Positions 41,047 to 54,099 of a stretch of DNA of 64,000 bases are shown here, in pieces. The translations under genes were made by a program, and so were the position numbers. The stretch is taken from positions 112,902,001 through 112,966,000 of the forward strand of contig OX597818.1 in NCBI GenBank assembly GCA_951406725.2, written 5' to 3'. This DNA comes from Octopus vulgaris (taxonomy: Eukaryota). Position 1 is the first letter of the stretch; every line of letters begins with the position of its first letter. The notes under the pieces are model-generated. The model had not been told where the DNA came from, ran no database searches, and saw only the letters and a program-made list of their open reading frames with translations.

Positions 41047-41863
41047 CAGGGCGCGTCGGGTAAATTTTCGCCATTAATGTTTTGAATTTCATGCACAGGA
41101 TAGTAGAGTCAGTTGGGCACCATCTGTGAGAAAAACAGCACCCTGAAGCAATTCACTCAGCCAGATATTTGGAAACGATAGGCAGTACTACTTGGCATTC
41201 TAGCCAGAAACCAATCTTACGAACAGATGGGGAACAAACTGTACAACAGTTGCCTTTCCGTGTCACCAAAAAATCAAACATCCAGTCAACCTCTTGGTGT
41301 GTGGAGTGATCACTAGTGAAGACAACGTTTTGCCTCCATTTTTTTTACCATACGGGCTCACATTCAACATGGAAGGCTACAGCAAGTGTCTGAAAGAGGT
41401 AGTGCAGCTCTGAGTCGCTGCTGAAAGATACTATGTCCTGCAACAGGACTCTGTACCGTGCCACACAATTAGGAGAACTCAGTCATGGTTGTAAGGCAAT
41501 TTTTGCGACAACATCACCCCTAACATATGTCCACCTAACTCCATCGATTATTATGTGTGGAACGCAGTTGAAGCGGGAGACCAACAAAATTCCTTGTAAC
41601 AGCAAAGATGAACTGAAAGCAAGGATTATGGCCACATTCACCGATTTAAACCAGGAGACCGTCCCATGAAGAAGCGCTTCAGGAGATTCCGATGCCGTCT
41701 ACAGACCGTGATTGAAGTCAACGGCGATTTCATTGAAAAAATTTACTGTTTAGTGTTTTAAGACATTTTTATGTAATTTTGATAAATACATCTCTTAAAA
41801 TGAGATATCAGTCTTATTTTCACTTCTGCGTAATTTAGACGGCAATATTTTCACTGCACCCTG
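41047..41863 (+). mobile_element. Internally deleted Tc1/mariner DNA transposon, DD37D (maT)-like
   Basis: Degenerate TIRs CAGGGCGCG.. / ..GCACCCTG|TA. Transposase remnants read KHPVNLLVCGVITS..PPF, QQDSVPCHT..TQSWL, PPNS..DYYVW, SKDELKARI and RFRCRLQTVIEVNGDFIE. Confidence 0.85.
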
Positions 41864-41950
<87 letters not shown>

Positions 41951-41966
41951 ATATATACAGCAAAAA

Positions 41967-42004
41967 CTGTCCGATGAACGGCAACGCGAAACTCAGAGTA
42001 ACAG
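41967..42004 (+). ncRNA. Hammerhead-like motif in a short element between (TA)n tracts
   Basis: CTGT CCGATGA ACG-GCAA-CGC GAAA CTC-A-GAG TA^ACAG (U4C variant). Confidence 0.65.
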
Positions 42005-42059
42005 GTTTTGTAGAATTTTCTGCTGCTTTAAATAAAGTATATATATATATATATATATA

Positions 42060-42215
42060 GGGAGAATTCGCAAACAAAAACAAAAGACGAAGACAGGTGG
42101 TGTAGACAACAAACAGATGTATTAGTATAGCGATCGGGAAGTGAAGAAGTCTTTAACGTTTCGACCCTACGCTCTTCCACAGGAAGGAACACAGAAAGAA
42201 ACAAGGAGAGAAAAT
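42060..42215 (-). mobile_element. Short PLE-derived element with decayed HHR (42151-42186), related to 10988-11181
   Basis: Minus strand reads CTTC CTGTGGA A GAGC-GTAG-GGTC GAAA CGTT AAAG. Confidence 0.6.
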
Positions 42216-42231
42216 GTGTGTGCGTGTGTGT

Positions 42232-42277
<46 letters not shown>

Positions 42278-42279
<2 letters not shown>

Positions 42280-42498
42280 TTCTTTATTGCCCACATGGGG
42301 CTAAACACAAACAAGGACAGACAAAGGGATTAAGTCGATTATATCTACCCTAGTGCGTAACTGGTACATATTTAATCTACCCCGAAGGTATTAAAGGTAA
42401 AGTCGACCTCGGTGGAATTTGAACTCAGAACGTAACGGCAGACGAAATACCGCTGAGCATTTCGCCTGGCGTGCTAATGATAATGCCAGCTCGCCGCC
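42278..42498 (-). mobile_element. SINE family B, near full length
   Basis: Head GGCGGCGAGCTGGCA.., B box GAGTTCAAATTCC, tail TAGCCCCATGTGGGCAATAAAGAAATA. Confidence 0.9.
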
Positions 42499-42574
42499 AT
42501 ATATACATACCGGTTCTTCTCTAAGTGAATATCGAATATCTGCATAAATATAAGCTTGAAAGTTGGGCACTATA

Positions 42575-42758
42575 CCTGCAATTCCGCCGGAGTCATTTAC
42601 ATCGACTCCATAGTTCCACTAACACATCTTTTATCGATTTCCTAAAAGATGAATGGCAAAGTCGACCTCAGCAGATTTTGAAATCAGAATGTAAAAATGG
42701 ATGACATGAAGCTGAGCAATATCTCCGGCCTTTTAACAATTCTGCCAGCTGGCTGCCT
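42575..42758 (-). mobile_element. SINE family B (decayed)
   Basis: GATGAATGGCAAAGTCGACCTCAGCAG...AACAATTCTGCCAGCTGGCTGCC. Confidence 0.75.
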
Positions 42759-42915
42759 TGTCTACACAATTAATACAGTCAGATAAATGACTAGTAAGAC
42801 ATTTTCCGATTCTTAATCACTGGGATTTTTCCTATACAGGACAGCGCTCTGCATTATTAAAATGGCTATTAATGTTCTTTTAGTTTATCGTTGCCAACGC
42901 TTGATTAATTTATGA

Positions 42916-43060
42916 TGGCAAACTGGCAGAATCGTTAGGAATCTGGGTAAAATTCTCAGCGGTATTTCTTCCGAGGTTCAGTTAGCTTTTCATCCTTCGG
43001 GGTCGATTTAATCAAGTTGTCACATCTCCAAACCTGCAACCTTGTGCCAAAATTTCAACC
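42916..43060 (+). mobile_element. SINE family B (internally deleted)
   Basis: GGCAAACTGGCAGAATCGTTAG...CTTTTCATCCTTCGGGGTCGA...CCTTGTGCCAAA. Confidence 0.7.
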
Positions 43061-44039
43061 CAACATTTGATTCATTTAAAGTCGTGAGTCACAGATAATT
43101 CAAATAATTTACCGACGCTATGGTGCATTAATCCATCATTACAGTAAGTAAAACTACACATAATGCAAAATACGATACAGGAAAATAGGGCCTGCCCCCG
43201 CTCTCTCTTTCCTTCTACCTATCACCTCTTCCTACTTCTGCTTGTTTCCTTCTTTCTCTTTCTCCCCGTTTCCCACCTTCACTCTCCCTCTATCTATCTC
43301 TATCTATATATATATATATGTGTATGTGTGTGTCTGTTCCTGTGAATCATTGAGATTATTAATTATGAGAGCTAGTATTATTGCACATATCTTCCCCATA
43401 GATAAATAACGATTAAACTCAATTCGTGGAATCCATGCCCAGGCTACGTGACAAAAACTATCGATGGAAGCTTTCCACTAACATCATTAGCTCTTTAACA
43501 ATTTATCTTTCATCTCCTTTCTCTTCTCCCCCCCCCACAGCTCTTTTTACGTATTTATTTTGATTTTGGGAATCTCTGACAATGTGTTTTGATTATAAGA
43601 TAATGCATTATAGCTTGGTATCGTCCTATCACCGCTGCTCACAATGACTTAAATGCGTGTCACTATTTCTTTGTGTTCGTCCTTGAAAGGTCATTGGATT
43701 AGGGATCTGGGATTTATATTAGCACCGGCTTCGAGAGTAAGTAGCAGTTTATATATATTCTCTGAATTCTAAGAAATATTCTCTAACCTTTAGTAAGCCG
43801 GATATCATTCAAAATTCCTCTGTGTGTGTTCGTGTGTGTGGTATGTGAGTGTGCGTGTTTGCGTGTGTGTGTATGTGTATGCGCACGCGTGTGTGTTTGA
43901 CACATACGACTTTCAGCTAAAAGTTCACATTGAATTTATGTTCTTTTACACTCTGAGTTCGACAAAGATGACGATCACCTTTGCTCGTTATTTTCATAGA
44001 ATTCATATGTAAATGTAAGAGTTATAACCTTGGCGTGAA

Positions 44040-44500
44040 TTATTCAATCCTGTGGTTATTACTAAAACCACTTTTACAAACTTTAATACTCGCATGTGTC
44101 TCACTGGAGGATAAATGGAACACTGTTTGTGAATCACTTCACCATGGTTAACACCAAATACAACCGGCGAGATTTCCTGTACCAAGTGACCGGCAACAGC
44201 ATCGTAGCCACAACTTCTTGTACATGTACCTCAGCCGACTCTGCATTACTGCCACAACTTCTTGATACAGCACTTCAACTATCCAGTACCTTGACTATGA
44301 ACTGGTATTTACCATCCTTGTATCTGTAAATTCTTCTAACGTCATATTATAGACTTTTTCAATGCTCTGTACTTATAGCACAGGCATACATCCATGCCTG
44401 TACACATACACACTTTGTTCTCATGACTCACACACATGTTAACATATAAATAAAATCCTTCTCTTAAACTTTCTACTGGTTGTGTCTTTCTTTTCCTTCT
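44040..44500 (+). mobile_element. Possible decayed CR1-type LINE 3' end
   Basis: Remnants include TGG..G (TRGH-like), NRRDFLYQVT and LLDTAL. The match is weak. Confidence 0.4.
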
Positions 44501-46269
44501 GGCACATTGTCGCCACCTCACTTCGCGCGGTCGTTTACAAGTTTATTGGTTTATAAAATCGTACAAAGTATTCAGTTACTATTCATTGGTGATATTTTGT
44601 GAAGTATTAATTTAGTGGGTTGATTTTATAAAATACAGTTCGTCAGATATTTCTTATTTAAAGTATATATTATGAAGTAAGTTCGGTAAGATATTAGCTT
44701 TTTAGATCGTATTTATATATTAATTTTGTTAGAATCTTCTTTACAAATACCTCTTCAATAAAGTTAAAATTTAGATCATAATTTACGTGCGAAAATTCTG
44801 ATTAAATGGAAGTAAATGATACAAATAATGAATGGATAGTTAATTAAATCTACCTACGATAAAAGAAATTCATATTGAAAAGATTGCCCGAAGAAGCTGT
44901 TTATGAGAATAAGTATTTTCAGGGTGAGGATAATTTTAAAAGATTTACTTTCATAGGTAATCTTCGACAAAATAAATTGTGCGTTTAATTTAGAGAAATG
45001 TTAATAAATTTCAGTTGGTTTCATTTTCATAAATATTGCGATTATCTGATATTACCTAATGAAGAAATATATTGCGGATATTGTGAGAGAAATATTTCCG
45101 CTTGGTGGATATTTCTGCCACAAGAATGAAAATAATTACACACCATTGAGCTTTGCACAAAATATTTCAAAGACTGTTCAATATGTCAAACACTTGTGTC
45201 TTCTTGTGTATTTCCTTGTCTTACATAAAACCCATTTAATTTAGTCAAATCAGTCTAAATAAAAGACGACTCGGCAACACTTAGAAAATTAGGTTTGTTC
45301 AGTTTTGCTTGTCTCTGTATAACACTTGGCTTCCATTGACTATTGTTTCGGTTATATCTACGCTTCATTGTACGGAATCTGCTTTAAAATGTCCTCTTTT
45401 AAGTAGATATGCTCTCTTCAGCCTCTAGTTAAAGATATACTCATACAGCTCGATTACAAATTAAATTAATTTGCCATAATAAAATGCTATAAAGTTTTTC
45501 AGTACAATGAGTTGTACATTATACATTAATCATAGTCTAATATGCAAGGTATTACTATCCCACGTGTACATCATCTTTCGAAACCAAATATTAAAATCTA
45601 TAAAAAAAAAATTATCATTGTTCATAATTTCTCGTTAGATGAATGGGTTCTGGACGTGAAAACATTAACTTGTGTGAGATACATTTCATAGTTCAATAAT
45701 TTAATTCGATGTAACTTAAATTGGATACATAACTAGCAGGAAACAATACCCCCGAAGAGACATCCACGTTTTATACATTTTACCATCTACTTAAGAACGA
45801 ATGCGAGGGCAGAAGTGCGTAAGTTATATATTATTTATGGAAATGCATCGTTATAACTATTTCTTTCTTTCTCTCTAGCCTTTCCGCTCCGAATTTCTGT
45901 GTGTGTGTGCATATGCGTGTGTGTGTGTGTATGTGTGTGTGTTTGATGTAATTATAGACAAGAGAAAGAGAGCAAGAAAATCTTTTTATTACATCAGTTT
46001 ACAATTGTTTCATCTGAATTCGATTCCATGAATCCGGGAAAACAGCGTTATGAACTTATACCTTGGGAAACACTTTGGTACTTTTTCTTCATGTGCGTGG
46101 GGGGATGTTTGGGTGTGTATTGTGTATGTGTGTGAGCGTGTGAGCGTGTGTGTGAATGTGTGTGTGTTTGTGTGTGAATGTGTGTGTTTGTGTGTGAATG
46201 TGTGTGTGTTTGTGTATTTGGGTTACTTGATTGAACGCTTTATGAGATCCGAGCCATTGATGTAAAAAT

Positions 46270-47590
46270 TCGAAAAATACTAACAAGCACACATCATTTC
46301 CGCATAAACAGTGACGTAGACTGCCTCTACCTAAAATGAAAACAAAGCGGCAAAGACTTAACAACGATGCAAAATACCTTTGAATGTCGTATCATATCCC
46401 TTCGGCAACATCTTTTAACCACCAAGTGTCGAAGTGCATCCCTTGACCAAGTTTGCATAAGACTTAGAAGACAGCTCCTTGAGCAACACTCTTTGTCTAA
46501 TAACCTAGAATACATGCCCAAAGACGTCGCACGACTCTACTGCAATGTATCATCAGAGGAAAGGATGAACCTATATGAGCAGAAGACTATGCATTGATGT
46601 ATTAGTAGAAAACTCCGAGATGATAGTAACATTGATCATTAAACCAGCGTATTATGGATCAATAGCCGGATTACTACTTTCCACTTTGAAGGGTGTGCAT
46701 TTGCAATCCAGAAACAGGGATAGAGATGCAGGAAGAGCAGTAAAGTGTGACAACCGATGCCGACTTTGTGGAGTTATCAACATCATAAGAAGTTGTCTGA
46801 AAATGCCATCACTGTATTATCTGTCGATGAGGTGTGATGTTATAGCTAAGCCACTCTAATTAAATCCGTTGGAAGGATAAACCCAGGGACAAGGAAATAA
46901 GAACCCACAGTATCGTAGAAGCCATAGCCACTCATACTAAAAAGAAGTGCTGTAGGAATGTTCCAGTGAAGACCTCAATAAAATGTAAACACAATAGACC
47001 TGATATAATGATTTAGGATAGAGAAGAAGAACTATGCAGAGTTGTGGAAATAGCTGCTAAGCGGATGTTAACTTAAAGCTAAAGATCAGTGAAAAAGAGA
47101 ATGCGTACGCTAACCTATTGAAAAATCTGAAGTTAATCTATCCAGATTACAAGTTCAAGTATATACCTGTAATTATTGTGGCTCTGAGATATGTAAAACA
47201 CTGCTTAAATATTAATCTTGAGAAATTGGGTTTCTCAAAACCAGAAAGGAGGAAACTAATTCGAAGACGACAAATCCAAGCCATCACTGGAACTGTAAAA
47301 GTCTGTGAAACTTTCCCGAAGTTTAGCAATTAAATATATATGAGCATATCTAGGTATACAACAATATGCATGAGAATACATAAATGAAACAAAACGTACA
47401 AATCTGCACTTACATACATGTACACACACACACATACATACATACATACATACATACATACATACATACATACATACATACACACAAAAATACCCTGTTG
47501 TTGATGTTGAAATCCCAATGAAGGAGTCTTCGATCTAGGTTAGAAACTGATTTTTTCTCTATTGGAAATAAATCTTGAAATAAAACACGA
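46270..47590 (+). mobile_element. Decayed R4/Dong-type LINE (CCHC knuckle + restriction-like endonuclease + 3'UTR)
   Basis: KCDNRCRLCG..IIRSCLKM..YYLSMRCDVIAK; NVPVKTSIKCKHNRPDIMI*DREEELCRVVEI; EKENAYANLLKNLKLIYPDYKFKYIPVIIVAL..GTVKVCETF. Confidence 0.85.
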
Positions 47591-48695
47591 ATAATGACAT
47601 ACATAAATCCATGCACACATAAGTAATATGTCTTCTAATTTTACTCAGAACTCGAGGTTCCTGTACAAAATACATGCGCAGTGTATTACATCATGGTCTA
47701 GAACTAAGCGCAACATTGGTACAAACGACAGCATGTATGGCTAATCTATTTATACACCTTGGTTCCTACTTTCATCTTTTATCGATTACGTAAAACTTTT
47801 CCATAATTTTATTTTCAATTGTGTAATAATGTAAGACTACAAAAGAAGAAATTATCGAATAGAAAATGTACATTTGTTACCTGACTAAATCCTCTATCCT
47901 CTAGTCATTTTAGTCGCTTCAGCTTCATTTGATGTTTCTGTTTTCATACATTTCTAATAAAATTTTCCTTCGATTAATTCGTATACTGTTAGGATACCCC
48001 CGCTGAGGCGATACTTCAAGCAAACTAGCATTTTAAACGGAGTGTTCTCGGGAGCGTGTCTGAAGTTTAGTTTCAACATAACATGTCTTATTTATCACAG
48101 GAAACATAATTGAATAGCCATTTAAAACTGCTTAATGACACATCGTGTGTAAAGATACCGGAATCAAATTCCAATTGACGTGAATCACATCAATGCATCT
48201 ATTTAATTCAATGGTACAAGAGTTTAGAGTTCCGGATAAAATTTTCGGAAATTGCCTCTTCAATATAATGAACATTTTATTACATTGTAAATGGATGCAG
48301 CGTTTGTGTTTAATGGATAGGTACTGAATACGTACAAGTGAATTTGTGATGTAAAGAAACCAAACCTTTGTTATATAGCTTTCTACATTCATCCAACATC
48401 AATTACCAAATGAAGAAAACGAAACGTAATATAATTGAAGCGACTTGTGTCTAACAAAACAAAATACGTGACAATAGGTTTAATAAAAGTATTTGATATA
48501 AAGGCAATGTCAAAGATTGAGCTCTGTTTTCAGTTCGTGTCAAAAATCATACGATTAACAATAAAGGAAATTATCGGACATTTTATGAAGAACTTTCCAA
48601 AACTGTCCTTTACAACAAATATAGCAATGCAAGCGCACTTCTAAGACATATAAAGTGTCAAGAGCGGAGGAATGATTTATCGTTCGCCATCCTAT

Positions 48696-48767
48696 TTCTC
48701 TCTCTATCTATAATTTTTTCTCTCTCTCTCCTTCTCTCTCTTTCTATCTATCTATCTATCTATCTAG

Positions 48768-48805
<38 letters not shown>

Positions 48806-48816
48806 CTGTCTCTCTA

Positions 48817-48857
<41 letters not shown>

Positions 48858-48960
48858 CTGTCTCTCTATATCTATCTATCTATCCATCTATCTATCTATC
48901 TATCTATCTAGCTAGCTAGCTAGCTAGCTAGCTAGCTATCTAGCTATCTCTATCTATTTC
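48696..48960. repeat. (CT)n/(TATC)n/(GCTA)n compound microsatellite
   Basis: Direct reading. Confidence 0.9.
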
Positions 48961-49339
48961 TCTCTTTTGAAATGAGATAATATGTATGTCGATGAAAAAC
49001 AGATATGTCTCTGGTAATTAAAAGTTCAGATATTAATAATTCAATGAAACTTCAGCACATTCTATCTTTGTATTAAATCTTGGTGGTAAAAGTTAACAGA
49101 ATCGTTAAAAGCGTTCCCCAAGAGAAACCTTTGCTCAGAGTAAGAAGCTATAAAACATAAATTTCCCAAATAAACCATAATTTACTTGTTTTACAGAACT
49201 GCTTCCACAAGAATGAACAACATTAATTCTATAATTACGTAATTTCTCTAAAACCATAAAAATCTGAAATCATCAGAAATAATACAAGTTATACTAGCCA
49301 CATTCTGCTGATGGTTTACATGAAAATAACACGAACTGA

Positions 49340-49421
<82 letters not shown>

Positions 49422-49489
49422 TGCACCACAAGTATGCATATTACGCATATACGTGTATATGCATGCATATATATATAAACATATATAAT

Positions 49490-49945
49490 TCTTGTTGGTG
49501 TTGTAACGCCCTTCGGTACTGAATGACCATGGAATTGCACCTAGAAAGTTACCCTCAGAGGTACGAGTCTGGGCAAGGTTGTTTATGGAAGACCAGCAGT
49601 CTCCCACGCATACCAGCCTCTCCTCCCCAGGCCACCGATGTTGTCCAAGAGAAAGGCAAAAGGGCCGATACAGCTTCGCACCTGTGACGTCGCAACTCAT
49701 TTATTAACGTGCAAGTGGCTGAGTACTCCAGAGTCACGTGTACCCTTACCGTAGTTCTCGGGAAGATTCAGCGTGACACAGAGTGTGACAAGGCTGGCCT
49801 TTTGAAATACAGGTACAAGAGAAACAGGAAGAAAGTGTGACGGCAAGTTGTAGCGAAAGTGTACAGCAGGGTTCACCACCACCCCTGCTGGAGCCTCGTA
49901 GAGCTTTAGGTGTTTTCGCTCAATAAACAAACACAATGCCCGGTC
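49490..49945 (-). mobile_element. 5'-truncated SINE-like repeat (composite)
   Basis: GC-richer block. The minus strand starts GACCGGGCATTGTG...TTGAGCGAAAACACCT, like the family C region after the B box, and ends in a CAACACCAACAAGAA tail. Confidence 0.55.
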
Positions 49946-50053
49946 AGATATATAATTTTATACATATATAAAATATATATTTCAAATATATAATTCAACG
50001 GTGGTGCATCAGCATGGCCGCAGCTCTGGGCTGAAACTAGAGAGAATATATAC

Positions 50054-50111
<58 letters not shown>

Positions 50112-50480
50112 GCTTACAAATGTTTTGTCTTTAAACGGAGCAGGACGTTTAAAGTTCGAAACGCACACGAGTTGATGATAAAGTGAATATTTTAGAAATT
50201 GATGTTACTATCTCCAACTGAAGAGTGCACAGCATGTCAATTGATATTGGTGTATGTAAACTATCTTCAAATTCCATCCTCAAGGTAGGCCTATTTTTTG
50301 AAGTGTCCATTGTGTTGCTTGTGTGTGTATTTATCGTGGTTTTTAAAGCTTTCGCTTTCATCTTTGGCAAGGTGTATTTTTACCCTTCTTTTCTTCAAAT
50401 ATTTCATATTATACTTATTAAGGTAGGAGTCTCGCCAACCACCTCATTATTACTGTTTTGGACAGCAATAATGCTTCCAT

Positions 50481-51673
50481 ATTATGGAAAATATAATCAT
50501 AGCTAAGGGTTACTGGAAATGACCATTGCCAATGCTAGAAGCAGATGTAAAATACCTACAAACCACTCTAAAAAGTATTGGATAATTATTTACCTCGAGA
50601 TTTCACGCTCTGAAAACAAAATGTGTATATATATATATATATTTAATCAATATAGGGTGGCAAAAAAAATTTTGTAGAATTCTTTTGCCACCAGCGGCCT
50701 AGTAGGAAAAAAATTAAATAGTCATAGACCATTTTTAAGTTCAACATCAACAATTAAGGAACGGCCATAATAGGCCATTCACCCACTAGAAATAACAGCC
50801 AAAGCTTCAACCGCAAATAAAAGTTAATTCTGTAAACCAGGAGAAAATTTAAAAAACATTTACCCTGTAATTTCTTATACGATATACCGTTTCATCTGCT
50901 GATTAATGGTAAACTAACCTGATTAAATTAAATCAAGCCAATCTTCCACAGGCCCTCAGATTCATCAGTAAGAAATAGCCCAAGTCGGAACAGATATTTT
51001 CACGAGGCATTTCCGACCTTGCCAAGTTTATATCTGACCTAAAATTTTCAAATCGTCGCACTCGCGCCAAATTTATCGGCAGCAAATAAATATAAGCCGT
51101 CGATTCCATTACGGAATTAACCAGAAAATTCATAATTAATCAATATAGGGTGGCAAAAAAAATTTTGTAGAATTCTTTTGCCACCAGCGGCCTAGTAGGA
51201 AAAAATTAAATAGTCATAGACCATTTTTAAGTTCAACATCAACAATTAAGGAACGGCCATAATAGGCCATTCACCTATTTACAGGGTAAATGTTTTTTAA
51301 ATTTTCTCCTGGTTTACAGAATTAACTTTTATTTGCGGTTGAAGCTTTGGCTGTTATTTCTAGTGGGTGAATGGCCTATTATGGCCGTTCCTTAATTGTT
51401 GATGTTGAACTTAAAAATGGTCTATGACTATTTAATTTTTTCCTACTAGGCCGCTGGTGGCAAAAGAATTCTACAAAATTTTTTTTGCCACCCTATATTG
51501 ATTAAATATATATATATATATATATATACACATTTTGTTTTCAGAGCGTGAAATCTCGAGGTAAATAATTATCCAATACTTTTTAGAGTGGTTTGTAGGT
51601 ATTTTACATCTGCTTCTAGCATTGGCAATGGTCATTTCCAGTAACCCTTAGCTATGATTATATTTTCCATAAT
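50481..51673. mobile_element. HHR-bearing partial-tandem insertion with ~390-bp near-perfect inverted duplication
   Basis: 50481-50870 is the reverse complement of 51279-51673. 50643-50783 is directly repeated at 51136-51275 (period ~493). Confidence 0.9.
50870..50976 (-). ncRNA. Canonical type I hammerhead ribozyme
   Basis: Minus strand reads ATTTCTTA CTGATGA ATCTG-(~58-nt loop)-CAGAT GAAA CGGTATATCG TA^TAAGAAAT. 8-bp stem I, intact core, GUA triplet; predicted cut between 50878 and 50877. Confidence 0.85.
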
Positions 51674-51758
51674 GCCAGCAGAGGACTGGAGTCAACCACC
51701 TCTGAAATGTCTTGCTTTGTTCCATAATTGAAACGAATATCATATTTCAACATCATGA

Positions 51759-51942
51759 CCGTGAGCTGTCAGAATCGTTAGCACGCCGCCGCGCCATATA
51801 CTTAACGTCAATTCGGTCGTGCGCACGTTCTTAGGTCGACTTTGACAATTATCCGTTTCGGAATCGATATAGTAAGTACCTGGGGTAGATCTAATCGACC
51901 TACCACTTTCTCGTTAATTGCTGGCCTTTTGCCAAAATTTGT
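51759..51942 (+). mobile_element. SINE family B (decayed)
   Basis: GTGAGCTGTCAGAATCGTTAGCACGCC...GGTCGACTTTG...TAAGTACC...CTGGCCTTTTGCCAAA. Confidence 0.75.
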
Positions 51943-51966
51943 AATCCATACTATGCTTTAAAATAA

Positions 51967-52176
51967 GGCGGTGAGCTGGCAGAAACGTTAGCACCCCGGG
52001 AGAAATGCATAGCGGTATTCGTCTCTCTTTATGTTCTGAGTTCAAATTCCGCCGAAGTCGACTTTGCCTTTTATTCTTTCCGTGTCGATGAAATAAGTAC
52101 CAGTCTAATACTAGGGTCGATATAATCGACATACCTTCTTCCCTGAAGTTGCTGGCCTCGTGCCACAATCTGGAAC
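51967..52176 (+). mobile_element. SINE family B, full length, tandem with the previous copy
   Basis: GGCGGTGAGCTGGCAGAAACGTTAGC...GAGTTCAAATTCCGCCGAAGTCGACTTTGCC. Confidence 0.9.
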
Positions 52177-53503
52177 CGATATCATATTCCAACATTTCGT
52201 TTCGTATAAACGAAATCACTGTTTCTGCGAAGTAAAAATGTCTGAGAATGGCAACATATGGTCAAAATTAGAAACGAGATTGTGATCGAAATATATGAAT
52301 TTAATGGAGATTAGTTGTAGACGACATTAAGTATCTAAAATGTATATAAAAATTAGCTAATAATAGTTAAACATGTCAATAAAGTTGAATATCACTAAAA
52401 ATTAATGAACTATTTGTAATTCATCGAATTTAACGTCAATCACGTAACACATCATTATTAATTGTACGTCTATTTGTTAAATTATCAATAACACGCTATG
52501 TATAGCGGTTAAACCAGTGTCTTTTAAATGATTACAGTAATTAAGAGAACTTATAACATTTAAAAGTAATTTTTGATTTATTTATTTGTCTACCTTGAAA
52601 TGCTTTCTCTTTATTTATCAATTTCTTATGTAATTTGGATCGATAAATCTTGCGACATTCCGCTGAAGCCGAGGTGTAGTCTATACGTTTGTCTTCCTAC
52701 TTACAATTTGTTACCGTACTCTTCAACCGGTGATGACTTATGTGGAATACGATGCCACAATATAGACATTATGTAATCTCTCCAGCGTTTAAGAATACCT
52801 GATTGCTTTACTGAAAACCACTGCAAAGGTTGCTATCTGGATTAGGTCGAACCAATATGATCATTGTCCTTCTAAACTAATTTTTTAAGGATGCATTCTA
52901 CCACAGTGTCTGCATCATTGAGGCTATGGATCTTGTAGCTCTTTCTGTGAGTGTGCATTTCGTTAAGGTTTTCCATCTTCAGCAGGGTATCTAATACTTT
53001 TTAAGGATTTTTGTAGTAGTGTCCCCGGATGTTGTAATATCTATCTGGGCATTTAAGGATTGTTGGTTTGTGATGACAAAAACTGTGACTTGTGGCACCT
53101 GGGGCCACAGACATGGTGCTTCTTATCAACGTTTATTTATTTAAATATTTTAGTATTTGCTTGCTGTTTATGTGAAATACTCACACATTTTTATACAATG
53201 TAGGGGTAACATGATTACAGTGAATATATGATACCCGTCATAACTCTCAGTACATTCTTGTATATTTTTCCTTTATATCCTGACTCAGTTAATTTATTCT
53301 ATACAAAAGTTTGTTGTTAATTTCATGAAGTTTGATATGACTCCGAATTTGTCTACTGCGTACATGAGACATAAATTATGGAGAAGGCATAGATGTTTGT
53401 TGTTACATTTACATAACTTTGGGAATTTATGGACAATAGTACTATCAGAGTTATTCATGAATGGCAAGGAATTATACTATACATGTGTGCGTGTTAGTAC
53501 GTG

Positions 53504-53541
<38 letters not shown>

Positions 53542-53549
53542 GACACACA

Positions 53550-53642
<93 letters not shown>

Positions 53643-53780
53643 GAACCTCATTCGTATGTTTGTATGTTTTTAAATTCGGCGGTACTCGACGTTGAATGTA
53701 ATCTGTCTGATTCTGTTAGTTGAAGAGGTACATTCGATTCTTCCAGTGCCTCCAGATTTAACATTTTAATATTATGAAGT

Positions 53781-53864
53781 CCCATGCTGATGATGAAAGC
53801 GTTCCGAGTAAAGTATAAATTCTACATTCTCTATACCGAACTAATTCTGAAACGCGAACATGGG
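53781..53864 (+). ncRNA. Decayed hammerhead-like motif
   Basis: CCCATG CTGATGA ... GAAA CGCG AA CATGGG has a 6-bp stem I and an intact core. U16.1 is mutated and stem II is poor. Confidence 0.5.
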
Positions 53865-53959
53865 TAGTCAAATATCGATTGCTTTTCGTTTTTCTTCATC
53901 TCTGCTTGCGTGGATTGTTTTCTAGTACTTTGGCATCTCCGGGAATCTCTTTTTAAAGT

Positions 53960-54050
53960 AGAAGAAATAGCTAAGGTTCTCTGGCTGCTATTTCTAAACT
54001 TCGGTATGTGTTAAAGCAAATCTTTGCTGAAGCCTCATTATAAAAGTTAT

Positions 54051-54099
<49 letters not shown>

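Noticed and set aside
47505-47560. Hammerhead in the 3'UTR of the Dong-type LINE (CCAATGA...GAAACTG)
   Set aside because: The core lacks U4 and G5, and stems II and III cannot be formed convincingly.
52600-53120. Possible decayed LINE fragment
   Set aside because: The composition is suggestive, but no motif could be assigned by eye.
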